Shown piece by piece: positions 55,108 to 64,000 of a stretch of DNA of 64,000 nucleotides. A program made the position numbers and the translations under genes. The stretch's first letter is position 1. The number at the start of each line of letters is the position of its first letter. Origin of the DNA: a virus (lineage: Duplodnaviria > Heunggongvirae > Uroviricota > Caudoviricetes); the IMG/VR virus record IMGVR_UViG_3300031949_000001, positions 219,305-283,304 of that record; one strand, written 5' to 3'. The notes beneath the pieces were generated by a model. It saw nothing but the letters and a program-made list of their open reading frames with translations. It had not been told where the DNA came from and made no database searches.

Positions 55108-55452
55108 TTACTGAACATCACCATTTTCCATTTTTTTCTGATCTTCATAAGGAGCTACTACCTTCCGTTCGAATTCGGTCTTTGCACATTCTAATACTCC
55201 AACTGCTCGATTTACTCTGTAATAATTGGTAATTGGTATACCACCAGCATCAACTCCATCTGTATAAAATCCTTTCATCAATCTGGTTATGACATAATTC
55301 ATCACACCATCCAATTTTGATTGATCAAGTTCTAAATTTTCAGTGGCAAGTGTATGATACCCATCCAACAATATAGCATCACAAATAGATGCCATTAATT
55401 GACTGATTTCTGGATCGATTTCATCTCTAAGTATTTGTTTAATATAAGGCAT
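55108..55452 (-). CDS. hypothetical protein
   Basis: 114-aa ORF. Confidence 0.4.
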   Translation of the reverse strand: MPYIKQILRDEIDPEISQLMASICDAILLDGYHTLATENLELDQSKLDGVMNYVITRLMKGFYTDGVDAGGIPITNYYRVNRAVGVLECAKTEFERKVVAPYEDQKKMENGDVQ

Positions 55453-55461
55453 TCTTTTCTC

Positions 55462-55959
55462 CTAAGGTAGTAATACAATTCTTGCTATGTCCATACCCTC
55501 TTCAAGTGTTTCCACAATGTAAGGGGTAGATGCGTTAATCATCGGATGGTCATGCAAATTGCCTGACTTTTCTCTGACTATAATGATAGGTTTTCTTTGT
55601 TGCCAAACCCAGGCAATTTCCATGACAGTACCAATGGTAACACGAGTCGCACCGAGTAAATTAACAAACGTGCCATCACGATTGAAACAATCAAAAGCAT
55701 CTCTGAATAGAATTCCTTGTTCAGAAGACAAAACGGAAGACAGTCCACCAAGACCTAATTGTCCCGGAGCCCCATCAATAACTTTCAGTTTCTTCAGGTA
55801 AGACTTGCCGCGCAAAGGCGACCAGCATTCAAATTCTGTTAGTGTATTGGCGACATAAAAGCGCCAATCCGTACTTTGTTCGTAATTTAGACCACCAATT
55901 GGTCCCGAGAGGTATAGGCTAGGTTTTTTCATTATTATTCTGTATCTTCCATTAACCAT
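55462..55959 (-). CDS. nucleoside 2-deoxyribosyltransferase-like protein
   Basis: SLYLSGPIGG and ...RVTIGTVMEIAWVWQQRKPIII (GTxxE.G/A..K.P) match NDT/Rcl-fold motifs. Confidence 0.55.
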   Translation of the reverse strand: MVNGRYRIIMKKPSLYLSGPIGGLNYEQSTDWRFYVANTLTEFECWSPLRGKSYLKKLKVIDGAPGQLGLGGLSSVLSSEQGILFRDAFDCFNRDGTFVNLLGATRVTIGTVMEIAWVWQQRKPIIIVREKSGNLHDHPMINASTPYIVETLEEGMDIARIVLLP

Positions 55960-56513
55960 TGATGAAAGTCGTATGCTCCATGAAGTGTTGTATGTGTATC
56001 TTTCGTTAATCCATGAACTAAAGCAACGCCAACTTGTTTAGCACAAATTGCTGATGGTACGTTTCCAACACCAGTTCCCAATCCCGGAATAGCGATACTT
56101 TTAAAACCGTATGTAATAACCGCTCTAACAATAGCCTTCATCGCTAGATACACGTTTACAGTATTACCAATCCTCATAGGAATTCTCATTGTTGGCGCTG
56201 CCAGGAGAGATTTGAATTGTGGATGATCTGTAAAGACTGCTACTGCTTGACCCACCAAAAGTTCACCATTGTAAGCGCTGTTGATAACCTCTTGCAACCT
56301 CTCTTGAACGTGCCAGCCAAGGTATCGGCTATAGGCTAGATCAATGCCACCGTCCATGAAACCAAAGCTGTTGGCGGGACTAACGATGGCGTCATATTCG
56401 CCCGGCAAATTGGTGAAATCACCTTGGAAAAATTTTACATCCGATGCTTTTTGAAATCGCTTTCGATAGGCATCAACCATTTCAGCGCTTCGATCAAAAA
56501 AAGTTATTATCAT
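55935..56513 (-). CDS. macro domain protein (MacroD/YmdB-like)
   Basis: GDFTNLPGEYDAIVSPANSFGFMDGGIDLAY and IAIPGLGTGVGNVP align with the MacroD1 GDIT..VDAIVNAAN..LLGGGGVD and FPCISTGIYGFP motifs. Confidence 0.7.
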   Translation of the reverse strand: MIITFFDRSAEMVDAYRKRFQKASDVKFFQGDFTNLPGEYDAIVSPANSFGFMDGGIDLAYSRYLGWHVQERLQEVINSAYNGELLVGQAVAVFTDHPQFKSLLAAPTMRIPMRIGNTVNVYLAMKAIVRAVITYGFKSIAIPGLGTGVGNVPSAICAKQVGVALVHGLTKDTHTTLHGAYDFHQWLMEDTE

Positions 56514-56779
56514 TCTCTTCCTGCTTCGTATATTGCCAATGCAGCTTCTTCAAGAGCATCGCGTATTTTCTTTAGACGTTCTGTTTCAGATTCTTTTTCG
56601 AGGACGCCCCATGACATACCTACCGGATGAGTTGGAAAACCACATTCTTGTAATTGTGTTGCGACCCATTCAGCCACTTCTTCTATAGACGCATCTTTCC
56701 ATCCGGCTTGGTGCATGTGTAAAGTAATGGCGATGGAGAAACAGATGTCAATTAATTTTTGTTCTCGGGATATATTCAT
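56510..56779 (-). CDS. hypothetical protein
   Basis: 89-aa ORF. Confidence 0.35.
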   Translation of the reverse strand: MNISREQKLIDICFSIAITLHMHQAGWKDASIEEVAEWVATQLQECGFPTHPVGMSWGVLEKESETERLKKIRDALEEAALAIYEAGRE

Positions 56780-57486
56780 TTTGCAACTTCTTTTCCTAAA
56801 TGCTCCATAAAGAACTCATACCTGTCTTTATGAACCTCGTATGTGGTAGTCACTAAATCAACGCAGGACTTGCAATACAATGGGGAAACTTTTGACACGA
56901 AATGATGCTTCGATTTCGCGAAAACATTGCCACAAAGGCTGCAAAGGTATTCTTGTTTTGAACTATGATTGCCGTAAATATCCCTCTTTAGAATTCCGTA
57001 TGGCAAATCGTTAAGATACGCAAACAGATCATCAAACTCCACAAACATCTTGGTTGTAAGGCTCTGGAGCCAGCCTGGAACCTCTTTCCACCATTCCTTG
57101 TAGTCGGAGACCAAGAATAGTGGTACACCCGCCTCATAAGCCACCTGACACTCACTGATGGTGCCAGCGCCTCGTCGGGCGCTCTCGTCGTAAAACACAA
57201 TCACAGCATCGCTATCTTGTTTCACCAGTGCGATGTCTGTCCATACGAAATGTCGTCTGAAGTTAGATTTGTACTGTAAGTGGTTACTTTTGTCAAGCAT
57301 GTTGTAAAGTTCACCATATTTCGTAGCATATGCTCTGTCCATATCGGTGATATCGATAGGGAAATAGTTCATTTTTTTCAATTTATCGGCGCAGAGTTTT
57401 CTCCAACCAGCACCTAAATCTTTTGCAAACTGCATGCCTCCCGAGAGATACACCGCTCCACGAGTTAGAGTTGGATGATTTATCAT
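56776..57486 (-). CDS. nucleoside 2-deoxyribosyltransferase-like protein with C-terminal zinc ribbon
   Basis: AVYLSGGMQF ... DAVIVFYDESARRGAGTISECQVAYEAGVPLFLV, plus CSLCG...CKSC. Confidence 0.6.
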   Translation of the reverse strand: MINHPTLTRGAVYLSGGMQFAKDLGAGWRKLCADKLKKMNYFPIDITDMDRAYATKYGELYNMLDKSNHLQYKSNFRRHFVWTDIALVKQDSDAVIVFYDESARRGAGTISECQVAYEAGVPLFLVSDYKEWWKEVPGWLQSLTTKMFVEFDDLFAYLNDLPYGILKRDIYGNHSSKQEYLCSLCGNVFAKSKHHFVSKVSPLYCKSCVDLVTTTYEVHKDRYEFFMEHLGKEVAK

Positions 57487-57561
57487 TATTTTCTCCTTCT
57501 TATTATATACTTATATCACACCAATGATAAATAGTCAATCTATTTCAGAGGCGGCATGTAA

Positions 57562-58179
57562 ATGAAAACTTGTATCAAATGTAATGAATCTAAACTATTA
57601 TCTGAATTTTATAAAAATAGTCATTGCGCGGATGGACATTTAACTATTTGTAAAGCATGTTCTAAAATCTATAAACAACAAAATCAAAAACATGCAGCAG
57701 CAGTAGAAAAACAACGACGTAGACGTTTAGGTGTAAAACAAAAACGTATTTTCTCTTCGGAAGAAGAGAGGCGGCTGGCTCATATAGAAGTCTGTAAGCG
57801 CCATCAACTTCGAAACAAAGAAAAGTACGATCAATATAGTGTTTGGTATCGCAAAACTTTTAAAAAAGAATGCAACCAAAGAGTTAAAGAATGGTCTCAG
57901 AAAAATCCTATAAAGCGCAAAACCCAATCTAAAAAACGACACGATCAAGAACGCAAAGCTGTTCCACCTTGGACTGACTTCAATAAAATATTAGACATCT
58001 ATAAACAATGTGAACAAACTACAAAAGAAAGTGGTATTCTTCACACTGTAGACCATTACTATCCTATTCTCGGAAAGACTGTCTGTGGTCTTCATGTAGC
58101 TGATAATCTCAAGATAATTACTGCGCTTGAGAATTCGAAGAAAGGGAACAAGCATCCAGAGGATTTTTATCTTCTTTGA
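57562..58179 (+). CDS. HNH endonuclease
   Basis: N-terminal Cys4 and C-terminal HTVDHYYP...N...N.KKGNK. Confidence 0.6.
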   Translation: MKTCIKCNESKLLSEFYKNSHCADGHLTICKACSKIYKQQNQKHAAAVEKQRRRRLGVKQKRIFSSEEERRLAHIEVCKRHQLRNKEKYDQYSVWYRKTFKKECNQRVKEWSQKNPIKRKTQSKKRHDQERKAVPPWTDFNKILDIYKQCEQTTKESGILHTVDHYYPILGKTVCGLHVADNLKIITALENSKKGNKHPEDFYLL

Positions 58180-58305
58180 TTATCGGTCTTTCTCTCATTG
58201 GTATCATACCACCACAATTGATCGGGTCGGAGCAATGAGACATACCGACCAATCTACAATCAGGACAATACATTCCTGACGGATTGTCACTGAATGGAAT
58301 TTCGG

Positions 58306-58836
58306 TCATTTTTCGTCCAATCCCCATACTGCTCTTATTATGTCTTCTTCTGTACAATGCGTTGGTTCAAGATGACTTGGGAAAATTATTCGCTGTCCTT
58401 TCAACTCTTTTCGTATCTTCATCAAAATTTTACCTAGCTCGTTTCGACCATTACCAGAGCCAACAGGAGATACACCCCAAAATTTGTCAGACCAACGGTT
58501 TCCTTCCTCTAAAACAGCATCACCAGTCTCTAATAGCATATGAGCAAGATCGCCATTCTGTTGGAATTTTGCGCGCACAATTTCTTCCATGAGACCAACC
58601 TTGACTGCTTCCCAATCTGGACGAACGACCATCTTACGACCAAACCGTTTTACGTCTCCGGGCTTCTCTATTGTAGAAATCTCAAGGCGTAGCTCTCGGT
58701 CGGTAGTCTTCGCGGCGACGTAGGCATTCTCACTTGCCCGCCAAAGAATATTGTCCCATACAAATCGGCATTTCCAAAAATTTGAAAGGAACCTATGCTT
58801 GCCTTGGAACTCTAGAATTTTCTTTACGGTTTCCAT
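58306..58836 (-). CDS. NADAR (YbiA-like) domain protein
   Basis: FLSNFW..., SENAYVAAK, KF.Q...L...LL.TG.A.L.E, D.FWG motifs colinear with E. coli YbiA; 176 aa. Confidence 0.75.
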   Translation of the reverse strand: METVKKILEFQGKHRFLSNFWKCRFVWDNILWRASENAYVAAKTTDRELRLEISTIEKPGDVKRFGRKMVVRPDWEAVKVGLMEEIVRAKFQQNGDLAHMLLETGDAVLEEGNRWSDKFWGVSPVGSGNGRNELGKILMKIRKELKGQRIIFPSHLEPTHCTEEDIIRAVWGLDEK

Positions 58837-58915
58837 TTCATAATCCGTTTTTGTAAGTAATTAAATCTGCGAGATATACAACGTTTAATATCCTTCAATG
58901 CTACCACATAACGAC

Positions 58916-59179
58916 TTAAGTTTCATTATTATTCTCTTCATACGGCGTTCTCGCCGTAAGTAAATATGTTTGTCCAGTTTGACGATTAACACCAAACTGT
59001 AACAAAGTTTCTAGTTTCATCGCTTGAACGAACTTTGGTATATTCTTAATACCAACTTCTCGTGCCCAATCTTCAAATGGCTGTGTAATGTGTTTATTCA
59101 CTACCGGTAGTATATCGTATGGAGCAACATATACATCTAAAATTGAAAAACCTTTTTCATATGCCTCATCTATGGTCAT
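58916..59179 (-). CDS. hypothetical protein
   Basis: 87-aa ORF. Confidence 0.35.
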   Translation of the reverse strand: MTIDEAYEKGFSILDVYVAPYDILPVVNKHITQPFEDWAREVGIKNIPKFVQAMKLETLLQFGVNRQTGQTYLLTARTPYEENNNET

Positions 59180-59864
59180 TATTATTCTCCTTGTTACTTG
59201 GTTTCCATTTCATAATCCGTTCTTTGTAGATAATTAAATCTGCGAGATATACACAACGCTTGATATCCTTCAGATCTGTTTTGGCTGGTAATTGCAATAG
59301 TGGGTATTTCTTGATTACTCCCCACGGAACAATAGCATGAACGAAACCAATATTCGATTCCCATTGATCCATGAAGACAAAAGCAACCAGATCGGTTTCT
59401 AAGCCATGTTCTAAAATTGGATCAGTTCCACCCCAACCAGTAGCATTCTTGAATTGAAATGTCCAACTTTTACCAGCATAGTGGAGCGTAACATTGTCGC
59501 ACGTTTTCACATGGACATTAGGTATACCAGGAATACTATCATACTCCTGAGGATAAGGCAAGTCGGGACGCCATCCTTTGGCTCTTCCTTCTCGTATTTC
59601 CAAGTCGATTGAAATATTAGGAAACCCGAGTTGCATCATAGCCTGTTTAGCAAAAAATTCGCCTTTTTTACCAAGAACATTATTCTCGTATGCTCGGCTT
59701 GCTCGGCGATTTGCTTCGTAGTTATCTAGCGATTGCCCTTTACCTTTTTGGCGTTCAACAAATTCTCTAATCAACTGATTGTAACCTTTGTTTTCTTCTG
59801 GTGTAAACTCAATACGAATATCTTCTACGCTACTAATGAGGTAGCCGTTTTCAAACACTTCCAT
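59166..59864 (-). CDS. hypothetical protein
   Basis: 232-aa ORF. Confidence 0.45.
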   Translation of the reverse strand: MEVFENGYLISSVEDIRIEFTPEENKGYNQLIREFVERQKGKGQSLDNYEANRRASRAYENNVLGKKGEFFAKQAMMQLGFPNISIDLEIREGRAKGWRPDLPYPQEYDSIPGIPNVHVKTCDNVTLHYAGKSWTFQFKNATGWGGTDPILEHGLETDLVAFVFMDQWESNIGFVHAIVPWGVIKKYPLLQLPAKTDLKDIKRCVYLADLIIYKERIMKWKPSNKENNNDHR

Positions 59865-59887
59865 TATAATCTCCCTTATTTTTATTT

Positions 59888-60724
59888 TTATTCGGGGCAG
59901 ATGATTAACTCCGATTTAACTCGTGCGTTTCTTATTGTATAATTGGCGTTTATTTTTTCTATCGACGCCCAACTATAAAGTTTACGAATTTCTGGACAGT
60001 CATCATAGGAGAGCACCCAATCATGTGATGACCTCTCTAGAAGGTGTGCTAGGTATTCATGCTCTTCGATGGTGAAGCTATATTGATACAACTCGCTTCC
60101 TTTGTTAAAATATGGCGGATCGAGGTATAAAATGGCTTTCCTCGTATCGTCTTGAACTAACACCGAAAAATCTAACGCTGTACAATAACCATATTGCACA
60201 TTCAAATCGGAAAACATATCACTAAACCGTCTTATTTTCTTTATCAGATAATTTGGAGACCACCTACAATCGATTTTATATTTGGACTCTTGGCTTTTAC
60301 CACCTAACGGACCACCCGCCTTGGTCCCAAGACCAGAAAAAGACAGTTGATGCACAACTAGTTTCTTAAAGCCTATGTTAACGATATCAACTGGATCAGA
60401 TGGCATCATATACAGAGCTAACAATTCTTCTTTGAATGAATAGAATTTGTCTGGATGCGGTTCAAACGTCCCAATTTCATTTATCAAGAGTTGTGGATAT
60501 GCTAGAACTGAAGACCAAAGGCATGCAATGCCCACGTCTCGGTCATTGATCCATACATCTTTAACATGTGTCCAAATTTCGAGAAACTTAAGACCAACAC
60601 CACCCCCACCGAAAAACGGTTCACGATACTGCAAACCAGTTTCCAAAGAACGAATTAAGAGCGCGTCTATAATCTTGGATTGGAATTTTGATTTCCCGCC
60701 TGGATAGCGGAAGAATGAAGACAT
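59888..60724 (-). CDS. dam: DNA N6-adenine methyltransferase (Dam/D12 class)
   Basis: N-terminal FRYPGGKSK and catalytic DPPY. Confidence 0.8.
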   Translation of the reverse strand: MSSFFRYPGGKSKFQSKIIDALLIRSLETGLQYREPFFGGGGVGLKFLEIWTHVKDVWINDRDVGIACLWSSVLAYPQLLINEIGTFEPHPDKFYSFKEELLALYMMPSDPVDIVNIGFKKLVVHQLSFSGLGTKAGGPLGGKSQESKYKIDCRWSPNYLIKKIRRFSDMFSDLNVQYGYCTALDFSVLVQDDTRKAILYLDPPYFNKGSELYQYSFTIEEHEYLAHLLERSSHDWVLSYDDCPEIRKLYSWASIEKINANYTIRNARVKSELIICPE

Positions 60725-61017
60725 TACAGAATTCCGAAAATATCTTCTTCTTTAATGAAGTAGTAATCCTGATTTTCCAGCTTGATAAGCTGAGCCGATC
60801 CAATACCGAAGATAACTTGATCACCTTCTTTAACTTCTGGTACGATACGTTCACCATCTTCTAGCACTCTACCCGGTCCTACTGCTATGACGGTTCCTAT
60901 CGTTTTCTTATCCTTATCGTCACCCTTGTCGATAATCAAAATGCCGTTCTTGGAAAATTCCTGGTCTTTCTTCTCGATGGTTACGATAACCTTATCGAAT
61001 AGTGGTCTTATTTTCAT
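60724..61017 (-). CDS. groES: co-chaperonin GroES
   Basis: MKIRPLFDKVIV...GIL.I........GTVIAVGPGR...G........GD.VIF is colinear with E. coli GroES; 97 aa. Confidence 0.8.
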   Translation of the reverse strand: MKIRPLFDKVIVTIEKKDQEFSKNGILIIDKGDDKDKKTIGTVIAVGPGRVLEDGERIVPEVKEGDQVIFGIGSAQLIKLENQDYYFIKEEDIFGIL

Positions 61018-61523
61018 TTTTGTTCTTCCTTTATTTTATTACAGGTTAATGGTAAATTTTCGATTTTGGAGCCGCCGATAGTAGTATTTGTCCAGGTATC
61101 ATCACGAAAAAGATTTCCATTCGCGTCTAGAGATAAGAACTCTGAAAGAGTCAATGCTCTAGATGGTATATCATCTGTTTGAAGGGTTTCTGGTGTTTGA
61201 TCATGATACCATTTTTGAGATTCGATCAGATGTAACTTATTGTCTTCACAAGTTAATAATAACGAATGGAATATAACACCGCCCGGAATCGCCGCGATAT
61301 AGCTTTTTTGTTCCCCATTTGCAACCCATTTTAGTTTAGGTATATCTGTTGCATTTAAAATAGACATTTCATATTCATTACCCGTAGTTTCAATACGAAG
61401 ATCAAAACTAGAAGTATTTCCAGTGTCAAGTTTTTTAACATCACAATGATAGTTACCTGTTAAAATAGGACATGAAAACGCAATCGATGGTAATAATAGA
61501 AGTAAATAAATAAGTTTTTTCAT
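61014..61523 (-). CDS. lipoprotein
   Basis: Signal peptide with lipobox IAFSC. Confidence 0.45.
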   Translation of the reverse strand: MKKLIYLLLLLPSIAFSCPILTGNYHCDVKKLDTGNTSSFDLRIETTGNEYEMSILNATDIPKLKWVANGEQKSYIAAIPGGVIFHSLLLTCEDNKLHLIESQKWYHDQTPETLQTDDIPSRALTLSEFLSLDANGNLFRDDTWTNTTIGGSKIENLPLTCNKIKEEQK

Positions 61524-62065
61524 GATAACTGTTCTCCAAAAATGGTTGAAAGATCGTACCGCATTTTTTCTAGTCTACCAGGATTTCCGAGGTTGTAAAC
61601 TGGTATTCCGTTTTCGTCTGCAATGGCAATAGCTGTTCCGGTGCCACCGGTTTTGATTGTTCTATCTTGCTTTCGTTCGCAACCGTCAAGCGTCCAACAT
61701 ACAAGCAATGTCGATGGTGTTTTTAAATCTTCACCCAACACTTGAAAGACGTTTCGAGCATGTAGATTTTTTGCCGCAGGAGATAATTTACTCCAGACGG
61801 AATGAATTCTTGACGCATAGTCTAAAGCTGGTATAGTAACTTCATACTTATCAGATGTATGATTATTAAAGCCTTTCCATGGAAGGTAAATTTCCTTTTT
61901 TCCTAATACAACATCACACCCATCCTCGAAAGCGCTATCGGCGCCGGCAGCGCCCCCACTACGTAGACACCATCCGAGAGATGCAAATGTTTCTCCCATG
62001 CCCATCATTTGAGCTATAACCAACGGTGGTGTTTGTCTACTTCCTACTCCCGAATAATATATCAT
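61520..62065 (-). CDS. SLOG-superfamily (DprA/Smf-like Rossmann) protein
   Basis: YSGVGSRQTP ... LRSGGAAGADSA matches the DprA/SLOG nucleotide-binding signature GSR...SGGA.G.D. Confidence 0.5.
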   Translation of the reverse strand: MIYYSGVGSRQTPPLVIAQMMGMGETFASLGWCLRSGGAAGADSAFEDGCDVVLGKKEIYLPWKGFNNHTSDKYEVTIPALDYASRIHSVWSKLSPAAKNLHARNVFQVLGEDLKTPSTLLVCWTLDGCERKQDRTIKTGGTGTAIAIADENGIPVYNLGNPGRLEKMRYDLSTIFGEQLS

Positions 62066-62613
62066 GTGTAATGTGCTCCTCCGATTTCCAACAATCGAAT
62101 TTCTTCAAGCATATTGTTTCTAGCAGTAGCCTCCGAAAAAGTAAATGGTTCGGTATAGAAAATTTGGTCTCTGTCTAGCATCTTGCATAAGAACTTTCTG
62201 CGTCCTTCTTTCCATTCTTCATCTGAAAATGCTGCAAATTCTTTTCGAATTAACTCAGCATTATACCAATATTTTCGAAAAATATCACAAAGACCCATCA
62301 GATCAAGATCGATAACGCGTTTAGATTCATGAACAGTAGAGATATGCTCTTTTGTATCAAGAATTATCCTCTGAACAAGATCTAATGCTATAGTCGTGGA
62401 ATGTCCATAGTGTTCAAAGAATTTACCGGAGCTTTCTAGTTCGTTAGTTTTTGAACCAGCTACATATACATAATCATGATACCAAATAGCTAAAATTTGC
62501 TCATCTGTTAATGTAGATAATTCCAAGCCAATTTTAACCATCTCAGCAGGATGTGTCAAAACATGGTACACTCGATGTGGTTCTGAATAGGCTTTAGTTA
62601 GTTTGAGAAGCAT
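62062..62613 (-). CDS. HD-domain phosphohydrolase
   Basis: H..H (YHVLTH) then HD (WYHDYVY) about 25 aa later. Its stop overlaps the start of the SLOG gene by 4 nt. Confidence 0.5.
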   Translation of the reverse strand: MLLKLTKAYSEPHRVYHVLTHPAEMVKIGLELSTLTDEQILAIWYHDYVYVAGSKTNELESSGKFFEHYGHSTTIALDLVQRIILDTKEHISTVHESKRVIDLDLMGLCDIFRKYWYNAELIRKEFAAFSDEEWKEGRRKFLCKMLDRDQIFYTEPFTFSEATARNNMLEEIRLLEIGGAHYT

Positions 62614-62672
62614 AGTTTATCCTTTAGTGATATTGTATCTCAAGTGGATAAATAAATCAAGAGGAAAATACA

Positions 62673-63098
62673 ATGAATTTATTCGAAATTTTAGATAGCC
62701 CCTATGCAGCAGCCCGTTGGAAGTGGCTACACCAAAATTCTGAGGAATGGACTGGTGTGTTCATGCTCGGTGATAGAGAATACACTGTTAGTATTAAAAA
62801 GGCAGTAGAACCAGAAAACGCATATGTCGTTAATCTGTCTTATGTCTTCTTTGATAAGGCAGGTAAGCCTTTAGTCAACAAAAATGCGGGCGACACAACC
62901 TTTGCATTGACAACTCTAACCCACATGGTTAATGAGTTTGCTCATCATATGCGTCCGAAAGTGATTATTGTTCATCCTGGCGACTGGCGACTCAAAGTAG
63001 CCTATAAGAACCGCTTCTCGAAGATGTTTGCTGGTTGGAAGGTAGTCGGAACTAAAACCTCAGGTGCAGGCACGATCACAATAACAAGCAAGCCGTAA
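62673..63098 (+). CDS. hypothetical protein
   Basis: 141-aa plus-strand ORF. Confidence 0.4.
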   Translation: MNLFEILDSPYAAARWKWLHQNSEEWTGVFMLGDREYTVSIKKAVEPENAYVVNLSYVFFDKAGKPLVNKNAGDTTFALTTLTHMVNEFAHHMRPKVIIVHPGDWRLKVAYKNRFSKMFAGWKVVGTKTSGAGTITITSKP

Positions 63099-63101
63099 TT
63101 A

Positions 63102-63350
63102 CTAGTACTCTCTGGCTCGTGGATACTTTTTATTAACATAGGCAACAGCTTCCAGATAAGCATCGAACCTTTTCGGTACATGCAACGGTCCATACAAATC
63201 CGGCGAGACGAGAGAATGAATATCATCTACTAATTCATATTCAGTAGTCCAGAACCATAGGAATTTAGTTTGTATAATCCATTTGGTTCCATCACCGATG
63301 ATGCGCCACTTTTTCATATTATGCTCCAGGTTGCACTGTTTCCTTACCAA
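63102..63350 (-). CDS. hypothetical protein
   Basis: 82-aa ORF. Confidence 0.35.
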   Translation of the reverse strand: MVRKQCNLEHNMKKWRIIGDGTKWIIQTKFLWFWTTEYELVDDIHSLVSPDLYGPLHVPKRFDAYLEAVAYVNKKYPRAREY

Positions 63351-63603
63351 CTAGAATGTACACGGTGTTCAACGTTTCCGCGATACCGAGTTCTCGGTTG
63401 AGATCAAGAACACGCGAAGTGTAAATATGCTCCCCATCTTTAAAACGAGGGTGATCGTACACATTACCCGCTAATTGAGGATATCCCCAAGTGAGGACAG
63501 TCCAGTTTTCCAGCTTAGCGGCTTGCTTTCCAGGAAGATTTTCTTCCGTATTTTCTACGGGAATTACTGGTGCTACAAGTTCTTTAACAATCTCAGTTTC
63601 CAT
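63319..63603 (-). CDS. hypothetical protein
   Basis: 94-aa ORF. Confidence 0.35.
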   Translation of the reverse strand: METEIVKELVAPVIPVENTEENLPGKQAAKLENWTVLTWGYPQLAGNVYDHPRFKDGEHIYTSRVLDLNRELGIAETLNTVYILVGKETVQPGA

Positions 63604-64000
63604 GACAGACCTCTTCTTTAACTTTTAACCATTGTTTGGTCACACGACCACTTTTAACAAAATTCTCTTGTCCTTTAACAATTCCAGCCACGGGATCATG
63701 ACCTTTAGTCACGGGGTAAGTCGTACTTATGACCCCATTGGCATATAAATTTATGCTTTCAACTTCAACATAATGAACATCCCAATACGTAACTTCAACT
63801 CCGTGGTAGTCATAAAATGGCATACCAAGGTGAATTCCTTTCAACGACAACTTACCAGCGCAGGGGTCGCCTATATGCGGTTGCCCGTATGGTTCTCGCA
63901 AATTTACTACCTTTATTCCCGCGTCTTTACATACAGCCAGAGTGTTAAAAATATCATCACTTGAAACAGTCTCAGGACATAAAACAACATTTGTCTTAAG
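63593..64000 (-). CDS. hypothetical protein, partial (N-terminus beyond the window end)
   Basis: The minus-strand frame stays open from 63901 to the window edge. The ORF-track start at 63901 is a TTG. Confidence 0.4.
   Translation of the reverse strand, partial: LKTNVVLCPETVSSDDIFNTLAVCKDAGIKVVNLREPYGQPHIGDPCAGKLSLKGIHLGMPFYDYHGVEVTYWDVHYVEVESINLYANGVISTTYPVTKGHDPVAGIVKGQENFVKSGRVTKQWLKVKEEVCHGN

Noticed and set aside
1-64000. CRISPR arrays, transposase genes, inverted-repeat-flanked insertion sequences, rRNA genes
   Set aside because: None seen. The only tandem repeat is the 2 x 48-bp duplication inside a CDS. No spacer-repeat periodicity and no transposase or integrase motifs were found.

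Overview
This is an AT-rich (by eye), gene-dense segment of what looks like a lytic T4-like myovirus genome, with almost all genes on the minus strand. Three observations support this call. First, exact TATAAATA late-promoter motifs sit about 25-30 nt upstream of two start codons. Second, the replication set matches T4: a DnaB/gp41-type helicase, a gp61-type primase and an NAD-dependent ligase. Third, both Rnl1- and Rnl2-type RNA ligases are present. The remaining content falls into five groups.

(a) Nucleotide metabolism: nrdA/nrdB, DHFR, ThyX, two MazG-like proteins, an NT5C-like deoxyribonucleotidase and a Dam-type methyltransferase.

(b) Host-like auxiliary metabolic genes typical of marine phages: PstS plus a phosphate-selective porin behind a host-type Pho box, PhoH, and an SPFH/band-7 protein.

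(c) Lysis and housekeeping: overlapping Rz-like spanin genes, four homing-endonuclease genes (two GIY-YIG, two HNH) and a GroES homologue.

(d) A cluster of translation-rescue functions. This includes a circularly permuted (two-piece) tmRNA gene with a degradation tag ending GVAA, sitting next to a ClpP-like protease gene. It also includes an ArfB-like GGQ peptidyl-tRNA hydrolase and a Trp-like tRNA whose anticodon is CUA (amber suppressor). Five genes in the window end in TAG.

(e) An island of ADP-ribose and nucleotide-signal processing genes at 53.6-62.6 kb: two macro domains, a NADAR domain, two nucleoside 2-deoxyribosyltransferase-like proteins, an SLOG/DprA-like protein and an HD phosphohydrolase. 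A 2H phosphoesterase (Acb1/LigT-like) lies elsewhere in the window.

All functional calls rest on motifs I read in the translations. I ran no database searches.
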